Assembly: GCA_002361935.1 (NCBI GenBank)
Contig: DESD01000021.1
Location: 10,872 to 74,871 of the forward strand
DNA length: 64,000 bases
DNA from: Ruminococcaceae bacterium UBA3323
Lineage (GTDB): Bacteria > Bacillota > Clostridia > Oscillospirales > Acutalibacteraceae
Reading direction: 5' to 3'
The notes under the pieces were generated by a model that saw only the letters and a list, made by a program, of their open reading frames with translations, did no database searches and was not told the DNA's origin. Each line of letters opens with the position of its first letter. Position 1 is the first letter of the stretch. Shown here in pieces: positions 55,633 through 64,000 of this stretch. The position numbers and the translations under genes were made by a program.

Positions 55633-55637
55633 AATTC

Positions 55638-58046
55638 TTAAACAGCAACTATATTAACAAGCTTGCCCGGAACATAGATTTCCTTTTTGATTGTTTTACC
55701 CTCTATGGCAGCGGCAATCTTTTCATCTGCCTTTGCAAGCGTAAGAACCTCATCCTTCGGCATATCAACAGGTATTGTAATTCTTGAACGAACCTTGCCC
55801 ATAATCTGAAGAACAATCTCAACACTGTTTTCAACAGTTTTTGCTTCATCATATGCAGGCCATTTTGCTTCGTTAACCATTCCGCCGAAGCCCATAACAT
55901 CCCACATTTCCTCTGTTACATGAGGAGCAAAAGGATTCAGAAGAATTGTTAAGTCTTTCAGTTCAGCCTTATTTACACTGCCCTTTTCATAAATCTTATT
56001 TATAAGAGCCATCATAGCGGCAATTGCAGTATTGCATTTCAGATTATCAATATCTTCCGTAATCTTTTTGATGGTTTTATGCATAAGCGCTTCAAGCTCA
56101 CTGCTGTACACGTCCCCGTCAACAGCAATTTCCTGAAGATTCCAGAAACGCTCAATAAAACGCTTACAGCCCTTTATGGAATCCGAATTCCAAGGAGCGG
56201 CCTTTTCAAAATCGCCGATAAACATTTCATAAAGACGCATTGTGTCAGCACCATACTGATCAACAATTTCATCCGGATTTACAACATTTCCGCGCGATTT
56301 ACTCATTTTCTCGCCGTTTTCACCGAGAATCATACCGTGAGAGGTACGCTTCTGATAAGGCTCCTTAGTCGGAACAACACCGATATCATAAAGGAATTTA
56401 TGCCAGAAACGGCTGTAAAGCAGGTGAAGCGTTGTATGCTCCATACCGCCGTTATACCAATCAATCGGAGACCAGTATTCAAGAGCCTCTTTTGATGCAA
56501 GAGCATGATCATTATGCGGATCCATATATCTGAGGAAATACCAGGAAGATCCGGCCCACTGAGGCATTGTATCTGTTTCTCTTTTAGCATCTCCGCCGCA
56601 GCAGGGGCATTTTGTATTTACCCAATCCGTCATTTTGGCAAGCGGGGATTCGCCTGTATCGGTTGGCTCATAGGAATCAACATTCGGAAGCTCCAAAGGA
56701 AGCTGATCTTCGGGAACAGGAACATAACCGCATTTATCACAATGTATAATCGGAATAGGCTCGCCCCAATATCTCTGACGGCTGAATACCCAGTCACGAA
56801 GCTTGAAATTAACCTTTTCCTTACCTTTGCCTTCTTTTGTAAGCCATTCAATCATCGCCTTTTTAGCCTCTTCAACAGAAAGACCGTTCAGGAAACCGCT
56901 GTTTACAAGTGTACCTGTAGCACAGTCTGTAAAGGCTTCTGCCTGTACATCCTCGCCGCCTGCAACAACCTCAATGATAGGCAGATTGAACTTCTTTGCA
57001 AATTCCCAGTCACGGGTATCATGCGCAGGAACTGCCATGATAGCGCCGGTACCGTAAGAGGTTAAAACATAATCTGAAATGAAAATTGGAATTTCGGTAT
57101 CATTAACAGGATTTATACCCATAACACCATCCAGCTTAACGCCTGTTTTATCCTTATTAAGCTCAGTTCTTTCAAAATCACTTTTATGAGCAGCTTCATT
57201 CTGATAAGCACGAACCTCATCAAGATTTTTAATATCGTCTGCCCACTTTTCAATAAGAGGATGCTCGGGGGAAATAACCATATATGTAGCACCGAAAAGA
57301 GTGTCACATCTTGTTGTATAAACAGTTAAGGTATCGCCGAGGGTTGTTTTGAAATCAACCTCTGCACCCGTGCTTCTGCCAATCCAATTTCTCTGCTGAA
57401 CCTTAACTCTGTCTATAAAATCAACATCATCAAGATCCGCTGCAAGACGATCGGCATATTCCGTGATTTTAAGCATCCACTGGCTCTGGTTTTTACGGAT
57501 AACCTCTGAACCGCAACGTTCGCAGACACCGTTTACAACCTCTTCATTTGCAAGAACACATTTACAGGAGGTGCACCAGTTTACTGCCATTTCCTTTTTA
57601 TAAGCAAGTCCCTTTTTAAAAAGCTGAAGAAAAATCCACTGTGTCCATTTGTAGTAAGACGGATCGGTTGTGTTGATTTCCCTTGTCCAATCAAACGAAA
57701 AGCCCAAAGCCTGAAGCTGAGCCTTGAAGTGGGCAACATTATTCTTTGTTACCTCGGCAGGATGAATATGATTTTTTATGGCGAAGTTCTCAGTCGGAAG
57801 ACCGAAGGCATCCCAGCCCATGGGATAAAGAACATTATAGCCTTCCAGCCTCTTTTTTCTTGCAACAATATCAAGTGCCGTATACGAACGAGGATGGCCG
57901 ACATGGAGCCCCTGACCGCTTGGATAAGGAAACTCTACAAGACAATAAAATTTAGGAAGAGAATAATCATCTTTTGCGGCAAAGGTATTTTGGCTGTACC
58001 ATACATTCTGCCATTTTGTTTCAATCTTTTTAAAATTATAATCCAT
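55638..58046 (-). CDS. leuS: Leucine--tRNA ligase
   Basis: FPYPSG.GLHVGH (HIGH), GWDAFGLP, editing domain [27 protein letters not shown]. Confidence 0.98.
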   Translation of the reverse strand: MDYNFKKIETKWQNVWYSQNTFAAKDDYSLPKFYCLVEFPYPSGQGLHVGHPRSYTALDIVARKKRLEGYNVLYPMGWDAFGLPTENFAIKNHIHPAEVTKNNVAHFKAQLQALGFSFDWTREINTTDPSYYKWTQWIFLQLFKKGLAYKKEMAVNWCTSCKCVLANEEVVNGVCERCGSEVIRKNQSQWMLKITEYADRLAADLDDVDFIDRVKVQQRNWIGRSTGAEVDFKTTLGDTLTVYTTRCDTLFGATYMVISPEHPLIEKWADDIKNLDEVRAYQNEAAHKSDFERTELNKDKTGVKLDGVMGINPVNDTEIPIFISDYVLTSYGTGAIMAVPAHDTRDWEFAKKFNLPIIEVVAGGEDVQAEAFTDCATGTLVNSGFLNGLSVEEAKKAMIEWLTKEGKGKEKVNFKLRDWVFSRQRYWGEPIPIIHCDKCGYVPVPEDQLPLELPNVDSYEPTDTGESPLAKMTDWVNTKCPCCGGDAKRETDTMPQWAGSSWYFLRYMDPHNDHALASKEALEYWSPIDWYNGGMEHTTLHLLYSRFWHKFLYDIGVVPTKEPYQKRTSHGMILGENGEKMSKSRGNVVNPDEIVDQYGADTMRLYEMFIGDFEKAAPWNSDSIKGCKRFIERFWNLQEIAVDGDVYSSELEALMHKTIKKITEDIDNLKCNTAIAAMMALINKIYEKGSVNKAELKDLTILLNPFAPHVTEEMWDVMGFGGMVNEAKWPAYDEAKTVENSVEIVLQIMGKVRSRITIPVDMPKDEVLTLAKADEKIAAAIEGKTIKKEIYVPGKLVNIVAV

Positions 58047-58050
58047 TGTG

Positions 58051-58404
58051 TTAATCCTCCAAAAGTTTTTCTGTATCTAATAAATCCCCGTCTTCCCAAA
58101 GGTGCTCAAGGTTGAAATACTGCCTTTGCTCTTTATAGAAAACGTGAATAACAACTGACCCGAAATCAAGGCAGATCCAGCCTGACTGCCTGCCCTCTAT
58201 ATGATGCGGCTCTTCGCCTGCTTCGGAAAGCTTAAATTCAATTTCATCCGCAAGTGCTTTAACCTGTGTTGAGGAATCGCCCGTTACAAGAACAAAATAA
58301 TCAGCAAGAATGGAAATATCTCTTATTCCGATAACCTGAATATCCTGCCCCTTTTTACTGTCTGCCGCCTTAACGGCTGTTTTTGCAATATCAAGTGAAT
58401 TCAT
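58051..58404 (-). CDS. rsfS: Ribosome silencing factor
   Basis: A.DSKKG.DI, DYFV..TG.S..QV.A, EG....W...DFG.VV.H.F....R.Y..LE.LW. Confidence 0.95.
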   Translation of the reverse strand: MNSLDIAKTAVKAADSKKGQDIQVIGIRDISILADYFVLVTGDSSTQVKALADEIEFKLSEAGEEPHHIEGRQSGWICLDFGSVVIHVFYKEQRQYFNLEHLWEDGDLLDTEKLLED

Positions 58405-58988
58405 ATATTCAAATCCTTTTCTTTAAAATTTTCAAGTATATCATTATAGCATTCAACCGTATCAATATGGATTGCCTTTTCCCGATTTGACAAATCAGAT
58501 ATTGTATATCTTAAAGAATAAAGCATTGCCTTTTCAAGGCTTTCTTCTGCCTTGTTGCGCATAATATCCACATCGGGATAGCATCGGTCTGCCGAAATAA
58601 AATCCGCAGTATAAACCACCTTTTCAAGAAGAGCCATTCCCCGGCGCCCCGTTGTATGATAACGGATTGCAGATAAAATATCTTCGTCATCAATACCAAG
58701 CACAAGCCTGCAATATGCAGCGCCTGAAACCTGATGATAAACAAGCGGATTGGGAAATTTGATTTCACGTATGCTTTCGCCGTTTTCTGCCATATATTTA
58801 CGCTGAATATCAATTGTTTCCTCTTTCATTATATCGTGAAGAATTCCTGCTGTATAGGCTTTTTCTTCATCAGCGCCATATTTTTTTGCAAGTGTCCTTG
58901 CGCAGTCAGCAACATTCAGTGAATGCCGAAAACGCTTTTCCGAAAGACGCTCTTTTATTATGCTTATAAATTCATCATTATTATTCAA
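58401..58988 (-). CDS. yqeK: HD-domain Ap4A hydrolase YqeK
   Basis: R..HS..VA, AG.LHD..K, H...GA, AI.YHTTG, AD.I...R; position between nadD and rsfS. Confidence 0.9.
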   Translation of the reverse strand: MNNNDEFISIIKERLSEKRFRHSLNVADCARTLAKKYGADEEKAYTAGILHDIMKEETIDIQRKYMAENGESIREIKFPNPLVYHQVSGAAYCRLVLGIDDEDILSAIRYHTTGRRGMALLEKVVYTADFISADRCYPDVDIMRNKAEESLEKAMLYSLRYTISDLSNREKAIHIDTVECYNDILENFKEKDLNI

Positions 58989-59580
58989 TATAAAGCCTCT
59001 TATCTTTTATATATTCCGAAACGGCGGCGGGAACAAGAAAAGATATATCCTCGTTCTTTCTTATTCTTTCTCTGACTTCGCTTGAAGATACAACAACAGG
59101 AGCAAAATCAGCAAGAAAATAATTTGAATTGCCCCCTAAAAGCTTAGAGGCAAAGGAAATAATCTCTTCGCGCTTATTGTCTGTTCTTGCCGCTGTACAA
59201 AGCACTGTCTCGGACAACAAATCATGATACCTGTACCATTTATCAAAGGACAGAAACTGATCCTCTCCTATAATCAGAAAAATTTCATCATCAGGATAGC
59301 TTTTTCTCAATTCTATAATTGTATCATAGGTATAGCTTTTTTCCGTCCGTTGAAATTCGATATCCGAAATTTCTGCTTTCTCAATGCCGGAAAATGCAAG
59401 TGAAAGCATATGAAGCCGATGTGCACCGTCTGCCAGCCCCAATGCCGTTTTATGGGGAGGGTTTGCCGTCGGCACAATAAGCAGCTTATCCAGCGAAAGG
59501 CTTTCCAAATAGCTTTTTGCAAGATTAATATGCCCGTTATGAACAGGATTGAATGCACCGCCGAAGACGCCTATCCTCAA
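58981..59580 (-). CDS. nadD: Nicotinate-nucleotide adenylyltransferase
   Basis: GVFGG.FNPVHNGH, PPHK, SYT.DT, I.G.D.F....W, VSSS.VR. Confidence 0.95.
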   Translation of the reverse strand: MRIGVFGGAFNPVHNGHINLAKSYLESLSLDKLLIVPTANPPHKTALGLADGAHRLHMLSLAFSGIEKAEISDIEFQRTEKSYTYDTIIELRKSYPDDEIFLIIGEDQFLSFDKWYRYHDLLSETVLCTAARTDNKREEIISFASKLLGGNSNYFLADFAPVVVSSSEVRERIRKNEDISFLVPAAVSEYIKDKRLYIE

Positions 59581-60005
59581 CGCCTGCCACCCCTGTCTGC
59601 TTTATTATATTTTGCCCACGGATGCTTTTCTTCAAATTCTCTGTTTCTCTGCCGCAGTCCTTTTATTTTAACCTTTTTCTTAACAACTTTTTTGCCGGAA
59701 GCCTTAAGGCGTTCCTCTTTCTTGGCATTTACCTTTTCTTTATCTGTCTTTCTGTAAAGAACGATAACACCGCCGATAACCTGAATAACCTCTGCTTCAA
59801 GCCTTTCTGCAAGCTTATTTGCAAATTCTCTTGGATTTTCAGGCGCTGTTTCAAGATGAACACGAACCTTTAGAAGCTCACGCACATCAAGTGCATCATC
59901 AATCTGAGAAATAAGGTTATCCGATATACCATCCTTGCCGATCTGAAAAATCGGCTCAAGCGGATTTGCTTTTGCACGGAGTGCTGCTCTTTCCTTTGAT
60001 GTCAT
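59577..60005 (-). CDS. yhbY: YhbY/CRM-domain RNA-binding protein with a basic C-terminal tail
   Basis: SK.RA.LR..A..L.P..QIGK.G, EL.KV, Q.IG...VLYR. Confidence 0.88.
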   Translation of the reverse strand: MTSKERAALRAKANPLEPIFQIGKDGISDNLISQIDDALDVRELLKVRVHLETAPENPREFANKLAERLEAEVIQVIGGVIVLYRKTDKEKVNAKKEERLKASGKKVVKKKVKIKGLRQRNREFEEKHPWAKYNKADRGGRR

Positions 60006-60589
60006 ATCATTTTCTCCAATTCCTTAGTTAAAAGCCTTAAGGCGTTTCCTCTGTGGCTTATTTTGTCCTTTTCCTCTGCCGAATATCTGCCGAAGGCTTT
60101 ACCGTTTATTATAAACAGCGGATCATAACCGAAGCCCTCACTGCCGTCTCTTTCAAAACCGATATGTCCGTGACATTCGCCCCTTACGGTGATTTCCCTT
60201 CCATCAGGAAAAACGCAGCAGATTGCACATACATAATACGCCGTTCTTTTTTCCATTGGAACACCGCTTAATTCTTCAAGCAGAAGATCATTATTTCTTT
60301 CATCATTGCCGTGACCGCCTGAAAATCTTGCAGAGTAAATCCCCGGCGCACCGTCTAAATAATCAACACAAAGTCCGCTGTCGTCGGCAATAGCAGGCAT
60401 ATTCATAACCTCACAGGCGGAAACAGCCTTTATTCTTGCATTTTCTTCAAATGTTGTTCCGTTTTCCTCTACATCCGGAATTTCCCTGCCAAGCATTTTT
60501 GCCGTTACAACATGAATACCGAGCGGAGAAAGAATGCGCTGCATTTCTGCAAGCTTTTTCATATTGTTTGTTGCTAAAACAAAGTCCAT
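60002..60589 (-). CDS. rdgB: Non-canonical purine NTP pyrophosphatase (RdgB/HAM1)
   Basis: ATNN..K..E, E.G.TFEENA..KA, ADDSGL.VD.L.GAPG.YSAR, GFGYDP.F, K..ISHRG.A. Confidence 0.95.
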   Translation of the reverse strand: MDFVLATNNMKKLAEMQRILSPLGIHVVTAKMLGREIPDVEENGTTFEENARIKAVSACEVMNMPAIADDSGLCVDYLDGAPGIYSARFSGGHGNDERNNDLLLEELSGVPMEKRTAYYVCAICCVFPDGREITVRGECHGHIGFERDGSEGFGYDPLFIINGKAFGRYSAEEKDKISHRGNALRLLTKELEKMI

Positions 60590-60620
60590 TTTTTACCTCA
60601 TAATTCACTTTAAACTATTT

Positions 60621-61538
60621 TTATTCTTCGCTGTCGAACATACCTGCTGCAAAAGCATCCGCATCAAACGGCTGCAAATCATCAATCTGTTCGCCCACTC
60701 CGACAAATTTAACAGGCACATCAAGCTCGTTATTTATCGCAAGCACAACACCGCCTCTTGCCGTTCCGTCAAGCTTGGTTAAAACAATTCCCGTTATACC
60801 TGCTGCTTCCTTGAAATCCTTTGCCTGATTAACGGCATTCTGACCCGTTGTTGCATCAAGCACAAGAAGGATCTCCTTCGATGCCTCGGGGAGCTCTCTT
60901 TCAATAACACGGCTGATTTTATTCAGCTCGTCCATAAGATTTTTCTTATTATGAAGCCTGCCTGCCGTATCTATAATAATCACATCCGATTTTCTTGCCT
61001 TGCCTGCCTGGATTGTATCAAACACAACAGATGCAGGATCCGAACCCTCGGCAGATTTAATAAGGTCTACTTCTGCTCTGTCTGCCCATACCTGAAGCTG
61101 CTCAATAGCCGCTGCACGAAAGGTGTCGGCGGCACCGAGAATAACGCTTCTGCCCTGTTCCTTAAGCCTTAAGGCAAGCTTGCCGATTGTTGTTGTTTTA
61201 CCAACACCGTTTACACCGATAACAAGAATAACAGATGGCTTGGTGCGAAGCTTTAAATAGCTGCCGCCCCAAACGATACCTGAAACAATATCCTTTAAGG
61301 TTTCGCGTACCTGCTTAACATCCCTGATTCTGTCATTTTCAATTTTTTCCTTCAGACTTTTTATTACCTTTTCGGCAGTCGGAAATCCGACATCTCCCAT
61401 AATAAGGATTTCCTCAAGCTCCTCATAAAGCTCATCTGTTATTTCCTCATAGGAATCAACCACATCCTCTATCTGAGCAGTGATGCCCTCTTCCCTTGTT
61501 TTTTTCAAGCCTTTTCTGAATTTGTCAAATAATCCCAT
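60621..61538 (-). CDS. ftsY: SRP receptor FtsY
   Basis: [46 protein letters not shown]...DL.PF. Confidence 0.97.
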   Translation of the reverse strand: MGLFDKFRKGLKKTREEGITAQIEDVVDSYEEITDELYEELEEILIMGDVGFPTAEKVIKSLKEKIENDRIRDVKQVRETLKDIVSGIVWGGSYLKLRTKPSVILVIGVNGVGKTTTIGKLALRLKEQGRSVILGAADTFRAAAIEQLQVWADRAEVDLIKSAEGSDPASVVFDTIQAGKARKSDVIIIDTAGRLHNKKNLMDELNKISRVIERELPEASKEILLVLDATTGQNAVNQAKDFKEAAGITGIVLTKLDGTARGGVVLAINNELDVPVKFVGVGEQIDDLQPFDADAFAAGMFDSEE

Positions 61539-61573
61539 AATTGCTCCTAAACTAAATTATGTATCTGTTCTGT

Positions 61574-64000
61574 TTATTCAAGCCCCATTTTTGCGGCAAG
61601 TTCGGCACTTTGAAGCTCAAGCAGCTTCGAAACACCCTTTTCCTGCATGGTAACACCATAAAGAACATCTGCCTCTTCCATTGTGCCGCGGCGGTGGGTA
61701 ATTGAGATAAACTGCGTATCACTGGTCATTTTACGCATATACTTTGCAAATCTTTCAACATTAACATCATCAAGCGCCGCTTCAACCTCGTCATAAATGC
61801 AGAACGGAGATGGAGTAACCTTAAGCACACTGAAAAGGAGCGCCATAGCGGCAAGCGATTTTTCTCCGCCCGAAAACAGATTAATATTCTGAACGGATTT
61901 TCCGGGTGGCTGAATTTTAATTTCTATCGGGCTTTCAAGGCAGTTGTCCGGCTGTTCAAGAATAATTTCTCCGTTACCGCCGCCAAAGAAATCGGCAAAG
62001 CAAACCTTGAATTCCTCATTTATCCTGTTGAACTGCGTCAGGAATTTTTCACTCATGGAAACCGTTAAATCATCAATAATTTTGCCAAGCTCCTGCTTGG
62101 ATTTTTCAATATCATCAATCTGTTCCTTAAGGAATTCATATCTTTCGGATACTTCCTTATATTCCTCAATTGCCCCAACATTGATTGAGCCAAGCTTTTT
62201 AATGGAAAGCTTAATTTCATTAAGACGCCTTTTTGCAGCAGCCATATCCTCAATAATAATATTAAGATTTTCAGCCTCACGCCTTGTTAATTCATACTGC
62301 TCAAAAAGCATATCATTAAGTTCATCATACTCCTTGCGCATTGCAATTTTACGCTCATCAAGGCGGACAAGCTCGCTTGAAATATCTCCTCTTTCCTGGG
62401 TTTTATTTCTTTCAAGAGCTCTTAATTCATTGGAGCGTTTTTCAAGTTCATTTCTTCTTTCAATCTGATTTGAAACATCGGCATTTGAATTAACTGCCCT
62501 TCTGCGGAATTCATCTGCCTCTGCCTTAATCTCATTGATGCCTGCAATCAGATTTTCATTTTTACGTTCAATCTCTGCAATTTCATCCTCAATGGATTTC
62601 ACACGGCTGCTTTGGGTTGTTTTGCGAAGCTTAAGCTCTTCAACAGCCTGCCTTGCAGCCTCTGCATCTCTGTCAAGGGAAACAATCTGAAGCTTAAGCT
62701 CTTCTGTTTTCTGACGAAGTGCTTCCCTTTTGAAGGCAACATCCTCTGCATTATCGGAAACGGCGGAAAGCTGTTTTTCGGCTTCATCAATTTCTGCCTG
62801 AACAGAATGAATTTCCCTGTCACCGTCGCTGAAATCTTTTTCAAGAAGCTTTATTCTTTCCTGTGAATTGTTTTTTTCAGAAACAAGAAGACCCAACTGA
62901 TTTTTAAGAGATGTAATTTTATCAGCAATCAGCTTGTCTTCCCCTTCGGCACGGATAACATCTTCCTTGGCAGTCTGCAATTCCGCCTCGGCAGCCTGAA
63001 GCCTTGCGGCGGCATGATTGGCATCCTCAAGTGCCGCCTTGAACTCTGCCGAAATCTGCTCTGCCTCTTTTGAAAGCTTCTTTGCTTCTTCGTTCAATTC
63101 TTCAATTGCATTGGCACGGGATAAAATACCTGCACCCTTTGCCGCACTTCCGCCCGACATGGAACCGCCCGGATTCATAACCTGACCGTCAAGCGTAACA
63201 ATTTTAAATCTGTTATTATACCTTTTTGCGATACCGATTGCACAATCCATATCATCAACTACAACAACACGGGAAAGCAGATTGCTTATAATCTCCTTAT
63301 ATTTACTGTCGCAGCTTACAAGATTTGAGGCTATATCAACAAAGCCAAGATTATCATCAAGGCCGTTTTCATCAAGATGCCTGCCCTTGATATTTGAAAC
63401 AGGCAGAAAGGTTGCTCTGCCCATACGATTATTTTTAAGATAATAAATTGCTCTTTTGGCATCTGCCTCGGTTGAGGTAACTATATTCTGCATTGCAGCA
63501 CCGAGAGCAACCTCAATAGCTGTAGAATATTCATTTTCAACCTGAATCAGCTGAGAAAGAGGACCGTGAATTCCGCCGAGTGCCTTTAATTCCGATTGAC
63601 GCATTACAGCCTTAACTGCACCGGAGTAGCCCTCCATATTCTTTTCTAAATCAGAAAGCATTCTTGCCTTGGACTGCTTTTCGGCAAGAGCTCTGTTTAC
63701 CTTTTCAAGCTTATCCCGCAGAGCATCAGCCTTTTCGGTTTTATTCTTAACCTTAAGCTGATAACCGCTCATTGCGTTATTATTTTCATTAATGCGTTCC
63801 TTTAAGAACTGTACATTTTCATCACTTTCCGCCTTATGAGCCTCTTCGATTTTAAGGTCATTTTCTATTGCAGAAATGCTTTCATCAACGGTTTCTCGGC
63901 GTGATTCAATTTCCTCTATACCGGATTTAGCCTTTGAGCATTTCACACGGCAGTCCGTAAGCTTAAACGATAACGCAGTAATTTTTTGATTGAGTTCAAC
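61574..64000 (-). CDS. smc: Chromosome segregation protein SMC, partial (5' end beyond the right edge)
   Basis: Coiled coil, hinge (G.HG.L..LI, A.E.ALG, GRATFLP, VTLDG....GG.M.GG), G.IN..AIEEY, LFSGGEKSL signature, DEVEAALD Walker B/D-loop. Frame stays open to 64000. Confidence 0.97.
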   Translation of the reverse strand, partial: VELNQKITALSFKLTDCRVKCSKAKSGIEEIESRRETVDESISAIENDLKIEEAHKAESDENVQFLKERINENNNAMSGYQLKVKNKTEKADALRDKLEKVNRALAEKQSKARMLSDLEKNMEGYSGAVKAVMRQSELKALGGIHGPLSQLIQVENEYSTAIEVALGAAMQNIVTSTEADAKRAIYYLKNNRMGRATFLPVSNIKGRHLDENGLDDNLGFVDIASNLVSCDSKYKEIISNLLSRVVVVDDMDCAIGIAKRYNNRFKIVTLDGQVMNPGGSMSGGSAAKGAGILSRANAIEELNEEAKKLSKEAEQISAEFKAALEDANHAAARLQAAEAELQTAKEDVIRAEGEDKLIADKITSLKNQLGLLVSEKNNSQERIKLLEKDFSDGDREIHSVQAEIDEAEKQLSAVSDNAEDVAFKREALRQKTEELKLQIVSLDRDAEAARQAVEELKLRKTTQSSRVKSIEDEIAEIERKNENLIAGINEIKAEADEFRRRAVNSNADVSNQIERRNELEKRSNELRALERNKTQERGDISSELVRLDERKIAMRKEYDELNDMLFEQYELTRREAENLNIIIEDMAAAKRRLNEIKLSIKKLGSINVGAIEEYKEVSERYEFLKEQIDDIEKSKQELGKIIDDLTVSMSEKFLTQFNRINEEFKVCFADFFGGGNGEIILEQPDNCLESPIEIKIQPPGKSVQNINLFSGGEKSLAAMALLFSVLKVTPSPFCIYDEVEAALDDVNVERFAKYMRKMTSDTQFISITHRRGTMEEADVLYGVTMQEKGVSKLLELQSAELAAKMGLE

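Noticed and set aside
55577-55648. Apparent overlap of the GH2 ORF with leuS, and other N-terminal extensions in the ORF track (rpsB, pyrH, yabO, Cof, HAD, IMPase, GH38, AraC)
   Set aside because: Downstream starts with proper SDs match where family homology begins; the extensions are longest-ORF artefacts.
56079-57065. Long plus-strand ORFs antisense to leuS (138-186 aa), and similar ones opposite relA, smc, GH2, GH38 and polC
   Set aside because: They lie fully inside well-supported genes on the other strand, lack SDs and motifs, and are typical shadow ORFs.
1-64000. CRISPR array, tRNA, rRNA, tmRNA, T-box or riboswitch, integrase or transposase
   Set aside because: I saw no regularly spaced repeats, cloverleaf or rRNA-like tracts. 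Intergenic gaps are mostly under 150 nt, and no ORF has recombinase or DDE motifs. A by-eye scan could miss a small RNA.
1-64000. Extreme minus-strand gene bias
   Set aside because: Normal leading-strand co-orientation for PolC-containing Firmicutes.

Overview
Chromosomal window from a low-GC, spore-forming Firmicute, most consistent with Clostridia (inferred from yabP/yabQ, polC, murT/gatD and gene order). About 65 CDSs, nearly all on the minus strand; only an inositol-monophosphatase/radical-SAM pair and an AraC gene are on plus. From right to left it holds: smc(partial)-ftsY-rdgB-yhbY-nadD-yqeK-rsfS-leuS; a CAZyme block (GH2, GH28, AraC, metallophosphoesterase, GH4, GH38, GH29); murT-gatD; rpsB-tsf, then a ~7.6 kb block of small accessory genes, then pyrH-frr-uppS-cdsA-dxr-rseP-ispG-polC; a his operon that runs without a gap into recJ-relA-dtd-MBL-hemZ; and yabM-mazG-hup-yabO-yabP-yabQ-divIC, a fumarase alpha subunit and an RNA methyltransferase. 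I found no rRNA, tRNA, CRISPR array, integrase or transposase. Main oddities: (1) PolC cleanly lacks its 3'-5' proofreading exonuclease insert but keeps all PHP metal ligands; (2) HisZ and HisG are one polypeptide, in a his operon that lacks hisH/hisF/hisC, carries a secreted ComEC-like MBL plus DUF3006, sits behind a HisR-like operator and is translationally coupled to recJ-relA; (3) the accessory block is punctuated by a recurring terminator-promoter-RBS module and direct-repeat hairpins that give it a cassette-like layout; (4) several small RNA-level elements, including an SD-occluding hairpin over a sigmaE-like promoter and a 16-nt repeat linking the mazG start to the hup terminator. All product calls come from motif recognition by eye; no database searches were run.
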